This document shows positions 20,041-30,211 of a stretch of 64,000 nucleotides of DNA, piece after piece. Source of the stretch: a virus; the IMG/VR virus record IMGVR_UViG_3300027762_000214, positions 7,432 to 71,431 of that record. The stretch is one strand, 5' to 3'. How positions within the stretch are numbered: position 1 is the first letter of the stretch; every line of letters starts with the position of its first letter. The position numbers were made by a program, and so were the translations under genes. A model generated the notes under the pieces. The model had not been told where the DNA came from and did no database searches. It was given only the letters and a program-made list of their open reading frames with translations.

Positions 20041-20223
20041 ATGGACGCAATAGTAGTGGTTGTAAAACCAATTCTTATTCATCTTGCTACACATCCAGCA
20101 GTTAAGAATCTTGTAATTTCTCTTCTCGAAAAGTATGTAAATACAACCGATAATAGTATTGATAATCAAATTCTTGAAACTGCTAAAGTTCTTCTGTTCA
20201 AACCAGAAGCACCTAAAGTGTGA
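20041..20223 (+). CDS. Hypothetical protein
   Basis: Strong SD GGAGG; GATAAATA upstream. Confidence 0.7.
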   Translation: MDAIVVVVKPILIHLATHPAVKNLVISLLEKYVNTTDNSIDNQILETAKVLLFKPEAPKV

Positions 20224-20291
20224 TCATTTGTTTTTTAACTAATTGGGTCATAACTATCTAAAGGAGACAAAAAGTAAAAGTCTCCTTTTTT

Positions 20292-20299
20292 TATAAATA
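20292..20299 (+). promoter_or_regulatory. T4-type late promoter TATAAATA
   Basis: Exact consensus directly after a terminator T tract. The same exact motif occurs at 9157, 26505, 28879, 37053, 40451 and 61552. Confidence 0.8.
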
Positions 20300-20329
20300 T
20301 CAATATAAAGAAATTATAGGGTAAGAAAC

Positions 20330-20890
20330 ATGGCTCTTTGGGGCAATACGGATTTAATTGGACAGGCTGGTACTATTACCATCAATCTTGGTACTGAGGC
20401 AGTAACTGGATCTGGAACTACCTTTGCAACTACTGGATTTACTGTAAGTGAGGGAGATATTCTCGTAGTTGGCGCTGGTGCCACTTATGGTCATGCAGTA
20501 ATTTCATCAGTTACAAGTAATACTGCAATTTCAATTGCTTCTACGCAATTTTTGATTCCTCACCCAACAACTAATCTAATTAGTGGTGCATCTTATTTTG
20601 TAACTCAAAGACCCATATCATCTATTGAGGGTGGTCAGTATGTTGCACCTGATGAAAAATCAAATAGATATTCTACTGTATTTGGTGTAGATACTACTGA
20701 AACTGCTGCTGCTAGAACAGCAACAGTTGGTGGAAAGGCAGGAGCTTATAGCGTTGCTCATGCTGGTTGGGTTGGTGTTACAACTTACGTAGATACTCAC
20801 GGAAATCTTAGAGTCAAGAGTGAAACTTTAGTTGCCGGAAGTATGATTACCAGTGATGCAAATGATGACGCCAGATATCCAGATTCTTGA
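20330..20890 (+). CDS. Probable virion structural protein
   Basis: MALWG start, G/T/S-rich, HAGWVG...RVKSETLVA; behind a late promoter. Confidence 0.65.
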   Translation: MALWGNTDLIGQAGTITINLGTEAVTGSGTTFATTGFTVSEGDILVVGAGATYGHAVISSVTSNTAISIASTQFLIPHPTTNLISGASYFVTQRPISSIEGGQYVAPDEKSNRYSTVFGVDTTETAAARTATVGGKAGAYSVAHAGWVGVTTYVDTHGNLRVKSETLVAGSMITSDANDDARYPDS

Positions 20891-20899
20891 TAAAAATGT

Positions 20900-21271
20900 A
20901 TGAGATTTGATGAGTTGAATGAAAATAATTATTTGTTATTTGCCATAAAATTTTATGACAATCCTCAGTCTGCGACTAAAGAAGATTTTGACAACGATTT
21001 AAAAAAAATACGTTATATCAAAAGACTTCTTAAAAAGTATAAGCAGACTGGGGAACTTAAAGTGCATTTGATATTAAATCATTTAATTGTACTTTTTAAT
21101 GTTTTTAATGATGCGGCAATCCCTTTGTTATTTTATAGTTTAGATAAAGATCTTTGGCCTGCAATAAAAAGTTTTTTAATTTTTTTAAATAGAATACCAG
21201 AATATCCAAAAACAGAAATTGATAATATACAAGAAGATAAAAACTGTTTGACCCAACTTCATTTAATTTAA
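20900..21271 (+). CDS. Conserved T4-like hypothetical protein
   Basis: FAIKFYDNP and LILNHLIVLFNVF. Confidence 0.75.
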   Translation: MRFDELNENNYLLFAIKFYDNPQSATKEDFDNDLKKIRYIKRLLKKYKQTGELKVHLILNHLIVLFNVFNDAAIPLLFYSLDKDLWPAIKSFLIFLNRIPEYPKTEIDNIQEDKNCLTQLHLI

Positions 21272-21489
21272 TGGATAAAGCAGAAAAATTAATAAATTTA
21301 ATTAGACTTATAAAAGAAGAAGGAATGAGTGTTTCTTCTGGTCCAGTAAATTCGACTAATAAATCTGGCGAAGTTAGTATTGCCGGTTTACCTCCAGATA
21401 ATCCTCCTGTGTTTAGAAAAAATAAAATTTATGCAAAGGGGGGTAAAGGATCTCGTAAATGGTGGTTGCAGTATTTAAGAGGTAATTAA
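21271..21489 (+). CDS. Hypothetical protein
   Basis: Coupled ORF (TAATG). Confidence 0.6.
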   Translation: MDKAEKLINLIRLIKEEGMSVSSGPVNSTNKSGEVSIAGLPPDNPPVFRKNKIYAKGGKGSRKWWLQYLRGN

Positions 21490-21494
21490 AAAAA

Positions 21495-21911
21495 ATGTTC
21501 TCACAAGAATCATCTAAACTAGCGGTTCTTGAATCTAAACTCAGTATCTATGAAGAATTATCCCGCGAAATGCTTTCTAAATTAGAATCGGCAGTAGAAA
21601 AAATTTCTGAAGGTAATTCACGTATTGCCACAATTCTTACTAAACACGATGAGCGTATTGAGCAAAGTATGAAAACCGATGAACTGATTATTAAAATGAT
21701 TGAGGATGTAAAGGAAGAAAATAAACAAGATTATTCTAGAGTTATGACTAGATTGGAAAAGTTAGAAAGTAAAGTAGAAGATTTTGCTAAGTTTCGTTGG
21801 TTACTTGTTGGTGGTGCAATTTTTCTATCGTTTATGTTTTCACAATCTACTGTAGTTGTGGATATGTTGACACCTGACTCACAACCTGCTAGAGTAGAGC
21901 GCACAAAGTAA
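21495..21911 (+). CDS. Coiled-coil protein with a C-terminal TM segment (gp61.1-like)
   Basis: Heptad-rich; FRWLLVGGAIFLSFMF; directly upstream of the primase. Confidence 0.65.
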   Translation: MFSQESSKLAVLESKLSIYEELSREMLSKLESAVEKISEGNSRIATILTKHDERIEQSMKTDELIIKMIEDVKEENKQDYSRVMTRLEKLESKVEDFAKFRWLLVGGAIFLSFMFSQSTVVVDMLTPDSQPARVERTK

Positions 21912-21923
21912 TACCCTCTTGTA

Positions 21924-22895
21924 ATGGATTTTGTTGACTCCAAGTATATTGGTTTAGTTTCATCACGTCTACAAAAATTTAAAAGGGTCAAATCGGATCT
22001 CTACAACTTCCGCTGCCCTATTTGTGGCGATTCTCATAAGAACAAAAACAAGGCAAGAGGATATATTTATCCTGTGAAAAATAATACTAACTTTAAGTGT
22101 CACAACTGTGGTGCTAGTATGTCTTTTAATAATTTTCTTAAAGAAATTGATATTATATTGTATAAACAATATACTTTAGAAAAATTTAAAGAGGGGCATA
22201 CTGGACAAAATTTTGTTGTTGAAGAACCAAAATTTGATTTTACTAAACCATCCTTTAAAAAAAAGTTAGATCTTCCTAAAGCATCAGAAATTCCTGTTGC
22301 AAAAGAGTATTTGGAAAAAAGAAAATTAAATCCAGAAAAATTTTATTTTACTAACAAATTTAAACAATGGGTAAATACACAAAAACATACATTTGACGTT
22401 ATTTCAAAAGATGAAAGTCGTATTATTATACCAATGTATGATACGGAAAACAATTTGATAGGTTTTCAGGGAAGAGCACTAGGACCGAACCCTGTTAAAT
22501 ATATTACTGTGATGCTTTCTGAGGATGCTCCAAAAATTTATGGTCTTGAAAAAATTAATCATTCAAAACCCATTTACATTGTTGAAGGACCCTTCGACTC
22601 CACGTTTGTACAAAATGCTGTTGCTATGTGTGGGTCCGACGTTGATATTGGGTCGTTTGGTTGGAGCGATTATATTTACGTTTTTGATAACGAACCTCGC
22701 AATCGAGAAATCGTCAACCGAATATCAAAAACCATCGACAGAGGCGACAAAGTAATTATTTGGCCATCATCCATTGAGCAAAAAGATATCAATGATATGG
22801 TTCTCTCTGGACTTAATGTCATGGATGTGTTAGAATCAAATACCTATTCTGGTTTAGAAGCAAAAATTAAGTTTAACAATTGGAAAAAAATATGA
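21924..22895 (+). CDS. gp61: DNA primase gp61
   Basis: Zn finger CPICGDS...CHNCG; TOPRIM VEGPFDS and FDNEPRN. Confidence 0.95.
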   Translation: MDFVDSKYIGLVSSRLQKFKRVKSDLYNFRCPICGDSHKNKNKARGYIYPVKNNTNFKCHNCGASMSFNNFLKEIDIILYKQYTLEKFKEGHTGQNFVVEEPKFDFTKPSFKKKLDLPKASEIPVAKEYLEKRKLNPEKFYFTNKFKQWVNTQKHTFDVISKDESRIIIPMYDTENNLIGFQGRALGPNPVKYITVMLSEDAPKIYGLEKINHSKPIYIVEGPFDSTFVQNAVAMCGSDVDIGSFGWSDYIYVFDNEPRNREIVNRISKTIDRGDKVIIWPSSIEQKDINDMVLSGLNVMDVLESNTYSGLEAKIKFNNWKKI

Positions 22896-25189
22896 GCAAC
22901 GGAACAAAAGTTATTAAGAGAAATGGTAAAACTGAATCTCTTGATTTGAATAAACTTCACGTTATGGTGGAAGAAGCGTGTAAAGATCTTGCTGGAGTTT
23001 CTGCATCCCAAGTAGAAATGCAATCTGGTATTCAATTTTATGATGGTATTACGACCGCAGAGATTCAGGAGATTCTGATTCGTTCTGCTTCTGATCTAAT
23101 TGATCTGGAGCATCCCAATTATCAGTTTGTTGCTGCTCGCCTGCTGCTGTTTGCTATTCGTAAACAGATTTTTGGACGTATGCATGAGGCACCAACTGTA
23201 AAGCAGCATATTGTTCAATGTATCAAAAACGGAGTTTATGATGCAGAAATTGCAGACCTCTATTCTGATGAAGAGTTTGATAAACTTCAGTCGTTTATTG
23301 ATCATAGTCGTGACTATTTGTTCACTTATGCAGGTCTACGTCAGGTCGTTGATAAGTATCTCGTGCAGGACAGAAGTACTGGATCACTTTATGAAACGCC
23401 ACAATTCATGTATCTGCTGATTGCTGCAACTATCTTCTCCAAATATCCAAAGGAAACACGTTTAGATTACGTGAGGAAATACTATGATGCAATCTCAAAG
23501 CACAAGATCAACATTCCAACCCCCATCATGGCAGGAGTGCGAACACCACTTAGACAATACGCTAGTTGTGTTCTTGTTGATGTTGATGACACCCTCGATA
23601 GTATCTTTACTAGCGATATGGCTATCGGCAGGTATGTTGCACAAAGGGCGGGCATCGGTATCAACGCAGGTCGCATCCGTGGCATCAACAGCAAAATCAG
23701 AGGTGGAGAAGTTCAGCACACAGGTGTTGTCCCTTTCCTCAAAAAGTTTGAAGCAACTGTCCGATGCTGCACTCAAAATGGCATCCGAGGTGGATCAGCA
23801 ACTGTCCACTTCCCCATCTGGCATCAAGAAATAGAAGATATCCTAGTATTAAAGAATAACAAAGGAACTGAAGATAACCGTGTTCGCAAGTTAGACTATA
23901 GTATCCAAATTTCTAAACTCTTCTATGCACGGTTCATTCAAAACAGAGAGATCTCACTATTCTCTCCACACGACGTTCCTGGTCTGTATGATGCTTTTGG
24001 TACTGATGGATTTGACAGTTTATATGAGCATTACGAACGAGCTCAAGATGTTCCAAGAAAGACTATTGGAGCTCAAGAACTCTTTTTGGATCTTCTAAAA
24101 GAACGTGCAGAAACTGGTCGTATTTACATTATGAATATTGATCATTGCAATTCTCACTCATCTTTCTTGGATAAAGTTGAGATGAGTAATCTTTGCCAAG
24201 AAATTACTTTGCCCACTAAACCACTTCAACATATTGATGATATTGATGGTGAAATCGCTCTCTGCATCCTTAGTGCAATTAATGTCGGAAAAATCCGTGA
24301 CCTTGAAGACCTTGAAATACTCTGTGATCTTTCTGTGCGCTCTCTGGATGAACTTATCGATTTCCAAGGATATCCCGTCAAAGCAGCAGAAATTGCTACC
24401 AGAGCACGTCGTTCTCTGGGTATAGGTTTTATTGGACTTGCCCATTATCTTGCTAAGAATGGTGAACACTATGATGATCCTGGTGCCTGGAAACTGGTTC
24501 ATGATTTGACTGAAGCATTTCAGTATTACCTCATTCAATCAACAGTAAATCTTGCAAAAGAAAAAGGTGCTTGTGAATATTCGCACCGCACAAAGTATTC
24601 TCAGGGTATTTTACCGATTGATACTTATAAGAAAGATGTAGATGAAATTGTTCCGAATGAATTGAAATATGATTGGGAAGGTCTTAGATCACAAGTTAAG
24701 CAATATGGAGTCAGGAACAGCACTTTGTCCGCACAGATGCCATCGGAGAGCAGTTCCGTTGTGTCAAATGCCACCAACGGAATTGAACCACCTAGAGGTT
24801 ATTTGTCCATTAAGAAGTCGAAAAAGGGTCCACTTAAGCAGATTGTTCCACAGTATCAAACACTTAAAAACAATTACACGCTTCTTTGGGATATGCCTAG
24901 CAATCGTGGTTATATTCATATTGTTGCTATTATGCAAAAATTCTTTGATCAAGCGATTTCTGGAAACTGGTCGTATAATCCAGAGAATTATACCGATAAT
25001 GAAGTTCCTACTTCGGTAATGGCACAAGATCTACTGACTACATATAAGTACGGCTGGAAAACCAGCTACTATCAAAATACAAACGACATGAAGAATGATG
25101 AGGTTGAAGAAACCCGTCAATCTCTTGAAGATTTAATTTCTCAACTAGAAACTGCAGAGGAGGAAGATTGTGAGTCTTGTAAGATTTAA
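22892..25189 (+). CDS. nrdA: Ribonucleotide reductase class Ia alpha subunit
   Basis: ATP cone, PTPIMAG, SNLCQEI and C-terminal CESC. Confidence 0.97.
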   Translation: MSNGTKVIKRNGKTESLDLNKLHVMVEEACKDLAGVSASQVEMQSGIQFYDGITTAEIQEILIRSASDLIDLEHPNYQFVAARLLLFAIRKQIFGRMHEAPTVKQHIVQCIKNGVYDAEIADLYSDEEFDKLQSFIDHSRDYLFTYAGLRQVVDKYLVQDRSTGSLYETPQFMYLLIAATIFSKYPKETRLDYVRKYYDAISKHKINIPTPIMAGVRTPLRQYASCVLVDVDDTLDSIFTSDMAIGRYVAQRAGIGINAGRIRGINSKIRGGEVQHTGVVPFLKKFEATVRCCTQNGIRGGSATVHFPIWHQEIEDILVLKNNKGTEDNRVRKLDYSIQISKLFYARFIQNREISLFSPHDVPGLYDAFGTDGFDSLYEHYERAQDVPRKTIGAQELFLDLLKERAETGRIYIMNIDHCNSHSSFLDKVEMSNLCQEITLPTKPLQHIDDIDGEIALCILSAINVGKIRDLEDLEILCDLSVRSLDELIDFQGYPVKAAEIATRARRSLGIGFIGLAHYLAKNGEHYDDPGAWKLVHDLTEAFQYYLIQSTVNLAKEKGACEYSHRTKYSQGILPIDTYKKDVDEIVPNELKYDWEGLRSQVKQYGVRNSTLSAQMPSESSSVVSNATNGIEPPRGYLSIKKSKKGPLKQIVPQYQTLKNNYTLLWDMPSNRGYIHIVAIMQKFFDQAISGNWSYNPENYTDNEVPTSVMAQDLLTTYKYGWKTSYYQNTNDMKNDEVEETRQSLEDLISQLETAEEEDCESCKI

Positions 25190-26354
25190 AACAGGTTTGG
25201 AGGATAAAAAAATGGTTGATTCTATGACCGTTTTTAATTCTCAAGAAGTAGATACTAAAAAGCAACCTATGTTTTTTGGTGCTCCACTAGGAATTCAAAG
25301 ATACGATTCTTACAAGTATCCAATTTTTGATAAACTAACAACTCAACAACTAGGTTACTTTTGGAGACCTGAAGAGGTTTCTCTTCAAAAAGATAGAGGA
25401 GATTATCAATCTCTTCGTCCAGAACAAAAACATATTTTTACTAGCAACCTGAAATATCAGGTTATGTTGGATTCAGTTCAGGGTCGTGGTCCTGGTATGG
25501 CGTTCGCGCCTTACTGCTCACTTCCCGAACTGGAAGCTTGTATGAAAGTGTGGGAATTTATGGAAATGATCCATTCCCGTTCATACACTTATATCATCAA
25601 GAACGTTTATTCGGACCCATCTGAAGTTTTTGATACTATTCTTAAAGAAGATCGTATTATGGAACGTGCCGTGAGCGTGACTCAGGCATATAATGATTTC
25701 ATCAATAGTGCTCATCATTATGATAATTCAAATGAATGGGTTCACGCATTGGAACAAGTACCATACGCACAAGAGGCAAGGTATGAACTCAAGCGCAAAT
25801 TGTTCAGAGCAGTTGCAAACGTTAATATTCTTGAAGGTATTCGTTTTTATGTCAGTTTTGCTTGCAGTTTTGCATTTGGCGAACTCAAACTTATGGAAGG
25901 AAGTGCCAAAATCATCTCACTGATTGCTCGTGATGAGAACCAGCATCTGGTAATCACTCAGAACATTTTAAACAAATGGAAGGAAGGTGATGACCCTGAG
26001 ATGGCACGTATTTCCAAAGAGGAGGAGCAGTGGTTCTACAAGACCTTTGAGAATGCAGTCAATCAAGAAAAACTTTGGGCAGAGTATCTGTTCAAGGATG
26101 GATCTATGATTGGCCTAAATGACAAACTGTTACAGCAGTATGTTGAATGGATTGCAAACCGTAGAATGAAGGCGATTGGACTTCGCCCACTTTATGATAT
26201 TCCAGCAAAAAATAATCCGCTTCCTTGGACTGAACATTGGATTTCCTCTAAGGGACTTCAAGTGGCACCTCAGGAAACAGAAGTTGAGTCCTACATAGTA
26301 GGTGGGATTAAACAAGATGTTACCAAAGATACTTTCTCAGGATTCCAATTATGA
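25170..26354 (+). CDS. nrdB: Ribonucleotide reductase beta subunit
   Basis: FWRPEEV, EMIHSRSY, LEGIRFYVSF and RDENQH. Confidence 0.97.
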   Translation: MSLVRFKTGLEDKKMVDSMTVFNSQEVDTKKQPMFFGAPLGIQRYDSYKYPIFDKLTTQQLGYFWRPEEVSLQKDRGDYQSLRPEQKHIFTSNLKYQVMLDSVQGRGPGMAFAPYCSLPELEACMKVWEFMEMIHSRSYTYIIKNVYSDPSEVFDTILKEDRIMERAVSVTQAYNDFINSAHHYDNSNEWVHALEQVPYAQEARYELKRKLFRAVANVNILEGIRFYVSFACSFAFGELKLMEGSAKIISLIARDENQHLVITQNILNKWKEGDDPEMARISKEEEQWFYKTFENAVNQEKLWAEYLFKDGSMIGLNDKLLQQYVEWIANRRMKAIGLRPLYDIPAKNNPLPWTEHWISSKGLQVAPQETEVESYIVGGIKQDVTKDTFSGFQL

Positions 26355-26478
26355 TGAATGGTGTGAACAGGAAATCCTGAACGCATATAAAGAAGCTGCA
26401 GAAAGTGATGAATTTTTGTTCGGTGATTATGATTATGAAAAAGAGTGGTTAGGTAAAAAGAATGATGATGTAAGTTGA
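26317..26478 (+). CDS. Small acidic hypothetical protein (53 aa) overlapping the nrdB end
   Basis: MLPKILSQDSNYDEWCEQE...; ends right before the terminator. Confidence 0.45.
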   Translation: MLPKILSQDSNYDEWCEQEILNAYKEAAESDEFLFGDYDYEKEWLGKKNDDVS

Positions 26479-26505
26479 GGAGGGTCTTCGGATCCTCCTT
26501 TTTTT
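26479..26505 (+). terminator. Rho-independent terminator
   Basis: ggagggtc-ttcg-gatcctcc with a UUCG loop, then T7. Confidence 0.85.
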
Positions 26506-26532
26506 ATAAATATCTAAAAAAGTAAAAGATAA

Positions 26533-27969
26533 ATGAAGACTTTTAGAGAGTTTATGCTTGAGGCGGTGGAATCTACTTTTGGAAGTGAGGCTGAACAAGC
26601 AAGAGTTCGTGAAAGAGATGCTGCACAAGCAAGAAGAAGAGCTGCTAGAACTGGAATGAGTCCAGAAGTAGAAGAAGCTGAAAATAAAAGAAAGGCATTT
26701 GAAAAGTCTGGATTAAGCCCAGAAGAAGCTAGAAGAAGAGCATATAGAAATGTAAAAGTAAGTTCACAAGATGCTGGATTTGGTCCTAATAAACAAACAT
26801 CATCTTCAACACAAAAAACTGCTAAACAACCTACAGGAACAACTCAAACACCACCCAGACCGCAGCAACAGGCACCTAGACAACAACCTCCAAAGCAACC
26901 CTCAGGATCCACACAAACGCCTCCTAGAGGCGCTCAGGCGGGCACTCAGGCACCTCCTAAGCAACCTAAGGCATCTACTCCTCCACCACCAAAACCACCC
27001 ACCAGTAACGTTCCAGCACCCACAGCAAAACCTCCTACAGCAGCACCAAAGGGACCAGGACTTCGCACTCGTTTAGGTAGATTAGGTGGAACTGCATTAA
27101 ATGTTGGTGCTGGTGCTTTAGAGTATAAGGATAGAAGATCTGCTGGACAGACTAGAACTCAGGCAGCAACTGGTGCTACTGCATCTGCTGCTGGAGGTGA
27201 AGCAGGATGGAGAACTGGTCTCAGACTTGGTTCTTCTTTAGGATCAAAATTTGGTCCTAAAGGAGCAGTTATTGGTAGTGGTATAGGAGCACTTAGTGGA
27301 GCAGCACTTGGATCTACTGCCGCTGGTGGTTTGGCAGACAAATTAACTGGTGCCAGCAAAAAACCAACAGAAAAAGATTATGAAAAAGCAAGACAAAAAT
27401 ATGGTGTAACTCAATCTAGAAAGGTTTCTGCACAATCTGGAACTTATGGTGCAAAACAGGGTTCTGCTTTAACTGGAATTGGTGGAAAAACTGCAGTATC
27501 TAAGGATAAGAAGGGTGCTGCATTTATGTCAACTGGTGCGGGATCTCAAAGAAAAACAGTTCAACTCGCTAAAACTCAATTAGTACGTGATCCTAAAACT
27601 GGTAAACAAGTTGTAGGTGATCTTGCATTTAAAGGAGGAAAGGCAACTTATCTTGCAAGACCTTCAGTTGCCTCAAGAGATACTGGATTAGGTGGTGCTA
27701 TTAGAAATGTTTCAAGAGCAACAGGTATTGGTGGGCAGAGAGAAAGAGATGCTGCAGCAGCAAAAACTGAGTATAGAACTGCTCTCAAGAATACACAAAC
27801 TTATCAAAAGAAACTGGGAATTACTCCTAAGGCAGCCACGGCACAAAAACTTCCTGGACGTGGAGTTGGACCAGCAAAAGTTGGTCCTAAATTAGTTGGA
27901 CCTAAAATTGTAGGGCCTAAAAAAGTAGGAACTGGTGCTAAACCATCAGCAACAGTAAAACCAGCATAA
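26533..27969 (+). CDS. Basic low-complexity protein with T4 capsid-targeting-like N-terminus (putative internal head protein)
   Basis: MKTFREFMLEA resembles T4 IP MKTYQEFIAE; late promoter; glycine-zipper segment. Confidence 0.7.
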   Translation: MKTFREFMLEAVESTFGSEAEQARVRERDAAQARRRAARTGMSPEVEEAENKRKAFEKSGLSPEEARRRAYRNVKVSSQDAGFGPNKQTSSSTQKTAKQPTGTTQTPPRPQQQAPRQQPPKQPSGSTQTPPRGAQAGTQAPPKQPKASTPPPPKPPTSNVPAPTAKPPTAAPKGPGLRTRLGRLGGTALNVGAGALEYKDRRSAGQTRTQAATGATASAAGGEAGWRTGLRLGSSLGSKFGPKGAVIGSGIGALSGAALGSTAAGGLADKLTGASKKPTEKDYEKARQKYGVTQSRKVSAQSGTYGAKQGSALTGIGGKTAVSKDKKGAAFMSTGAGSQRKTVQLAKTQLVRDPKTGKQVVGDLAFKGGKATYLARPSVASRDTGLGGAIRNVSRATGIGGQRERDAAAAKTEYRTALKNTQTYQKKLGITPKAATAQKLPGRGVGPAKVGPKLVGPKIVGPKKVGTGAKPSATVKPA

Positions 27970-28006
27970 TCAAATAAATAAATATTAGTAAAAAGTATTA
28001 TTTCTA

Positions 28007-28852
28007 ATGGAAAGATTAACTGGCGGAAAATACAGATCCTTTTTAGAATCATATGTTTCTATCTATGATAATGGAACTGATGATTTGCAAGAGCAGGAAA
28101 ATATTCAAGAATTTCTGCAAGTTATTGGTGAATTAGTTGACGAAGGATATGATTTAAGTGAATATACTTATGATGAACTTTATGAGCATTATCTCAGTGA
28201 AGGTGGTTTGGGAACTGTATTAAAAGCACTTGGTGGTCGAGCACTTGCCGCCACCAGAGGAGCTGCTAGAACTGCCTGGAAAGGGACTGTTAAGCAGACA
28301 AATGAAGGACCTAAAGTTATTCCTGGGGCAAAAGAAACAACTAAGGAAATACTTGCAAAAACAGGTAAAGTTGCACCTTGGGTAGCTTTGGGGCTTGCTG
28401 CTGATCAAGCACTTACTGGAGGTGCTGGAAGAGAATGGTTAGGACGTGGTGCTCAAGCAGTAAAGGATGTAGGTCATAGTATTCCAAAACCAGAAAAACC
28501 TCAAACAGCAAGACCAAAGCCACAATCAAGTCAAGAAAGAAATCCTTATGGATTGAATCAAGATTTTGATATTTTTGACGCTATTAAGGGTCATCTTCTG
28601 GATGAAGGTTATGCAGAAACTGAAGAGGCGGCGATTGCTATCATGGCAAATATGGGAGAAGAGTGGAGAAATAGTATTATTGAGCAAAGTGCTATTGCTT
28701 CTAGAACCTCTAAAGTTGTTGATGATCAAAGACAAGGATATCATGGAGACTCTGATGCGATTAATAAATTGCAAAACGCTACATCTAAATCAATTGGTAG
28801 ATTGAAAAGAGGGCAAGGACCAGTAGTTACTCCTGGTCTTCCTGGAGTTTGA
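28007..28852 (+). CDS. Putative internal virion protein
   Basis: Two acidic EGY motifs (LVDEGYDLS; LLDEGYAETEEAAIAIMANM). Confidence 0.7.
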   Translation: MERLTGGKYRSFLESYVSIYDNGTDDLQEQENIQEFLQVIGELVDEGYDLSEYTYDELYEHYLSEGGLGTVLKALGGRALAATRGAARTAWKGTVKQTNEGPKVIPGAKETTKEILAKTGKVAPWVALGLAADQALTGGAGREWLGRGAQAVKDVGHSIPKPEKPQTARPKPQSSQERNPYGLNQDFDIFDAIKGHLLDEGYAETEEAAIAIMANMGEEWRNSIIEQSAIASRTSKVVDDQRQGYHGDSDAINKLQNATSKSIGRLKRGQGPVVTPGLPGV

Positions 28853-28912
28853 TAAGAGGGGCAAAACGCCCCTTTTTTTATAAATAAAAATATAAGTAAT
28901 ATAAAGATAAAA

Positions 28913-30106
28913 ATGCCAAAAATTGGAGATAAAGGACCTGGCGGAAAAGTCTGGGCAGGTGATGATTTTGGGTGGCAAAATCCTCAAACTGTCTGGAAAG
29001 GACAAAAACCTGGATCTAAAACAGGAGAAACCAGAACTCTTCCTGGTTTAGGAACAAAAGTCTGGACTGGAAAAGATTATGGTTGGCAAACTCAAGCAAC
29101 TATAGATAAAACAAAAAAAGGAGCAACACCTACCCCCACTCCAACTCCTTCTCCAGAACCAACTCAAACACAGAAACCTGCACCTTCTCCAGAACCAACT
29201 CAAACACAGAAACCTGCACCTTCCTCAACCCCCAAACCATCAACAGTAAATCCAGCACCATCTTCTACACCTTCTAAACCAATATCTTCAGCACCCACAT
29301 CAACTTCAGAGAAAATTAGGGGTGGTTTACAAACATATCAAAAGCAAATTAAGTCTGGTGACATTAAGGGTGCAGAAAAAACTGGAAAGGAAACTTGGGC
29401 AGCAGCAAATCCAAAGCTTGCAGCAGCAGCAGCAGAAAGAGAAAGAACTCGGGGAACAAGTGCAACAACTAATCCACAAATGGCAGATTTGAAGAGTAGA
29501 CTTCCTGCTCCAAAAACTTCTTCTTCAGGTATATCTACTCCCCCACCCCCAAAAGTAAAGACTGATACCGCTGTTCAAAGAGTTCAAACTGTAAGTCAAC
29601 CTGCTGCAAAATCAATTGAAGCAGAAGTTAAAAAAAGAAACATTCCATCATTTAACACTAGTAAGATGACAACAACTTTAAGACAATCCTATGAATATGA
29701 TGCATACGATATTGTTTTAGAATACCTTTTTGATACTGGGCACGTAGATACGATTGAAGAAGCAAATTATGTAATGTTACAAATGGATTCTAATCACATT
29801 CAAAATATTATTGAAACTATTGGTGGAAATCAATATATGCCAAATCCTATTGGAAATGCAATTAAAACTGGTGCTGGTATTATTAAAAAAACATTAAACA
29901 ATCCATCTGTTTCAAATACTATTAGAACAGGGTCTCAAACTATACAAAAAAATATTCCTTCTGGTGGATATAGCACTAGACCTGGTGATGGTAAACCCTA
30001 TAAAGATGGTCCTCTTTGGGATAGTCCAGAAGGATCAGTAAAAAAACCAATTCCACAACCACAAAAGAAACCACAGGCACCTATGAGAGATGAACCTCTT
30101 TGGTGA
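28913..30106 (+). CDS. Pro/Thr-rich putative internal virion protein
   Basis: Late promoter at 28879; KVWxGxDxGWQ twice; YDIVLEYLFDTGHVDTIEEANYVM motif. Confidence 0.7.
   Translation: MPKIGDKGPGGKVWAGDDFGWQNPQTVWKGQKPGSKTGETRTLPGLGTKVWTGKDYGWQTQATIDKTKKGATPTPTPTPSPEPTQTQKPAPSPEPTQTQKPAPSSTPKPSTVNPAPSSTPSKPISSAPTSTSEKIRGGLQTYQKQIKSGDIKGAEKTGKETWAAANPKLAAAAAERERTRGTSATTNPQMADLKSRLPAPKTSSSGISTPPPPKVKTDTAVQRVQTVSQPAAKSIEAEVKKRNIPSFNTSKMTTTLRQSYEYDAYDIVLEYLFDTGHVDTIEEANYVMLQMDSNHIQNIIETIGGNQYMPNPIGNAIKTGAGIIKKTLNNPSVSNTIRTGSQTIQKNIPSGGYSTRPGDGKPYKDGPLWDSPEGSVKKPIPQPQKKPQAPMRDEPLW
29147..29222 (+). repeat. 36-bp perfect tandem duplication (PSPEPTQTQKPA x2)
   Basis: ccttctccagaaccaactcaaacacagaaacctgca occurs twice. 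Confidence 0.9.
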
Positions 30107-30211
30107 TTATATTATAGTACATATTGGGGGGTCTTGACAAGGACCCCCTTTTATTGCTAGAATCGCTTTGCTAAGGTTGAAGGATAAATAATAGCTCTAT
30201 AAGATTAATGT

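Noticed and set aside
20041-20223. MDAIVVVVKPIL start resembling NdhP
   Set aside because: It lacks the TM plus GxYD...GNGxAH tail; the resemblance is coincidental.
9842-26354. Inteins or introns in gp43, gp41, nrdA or nrdB
   Set aside because: Lengths and motifs are continuous and typical.
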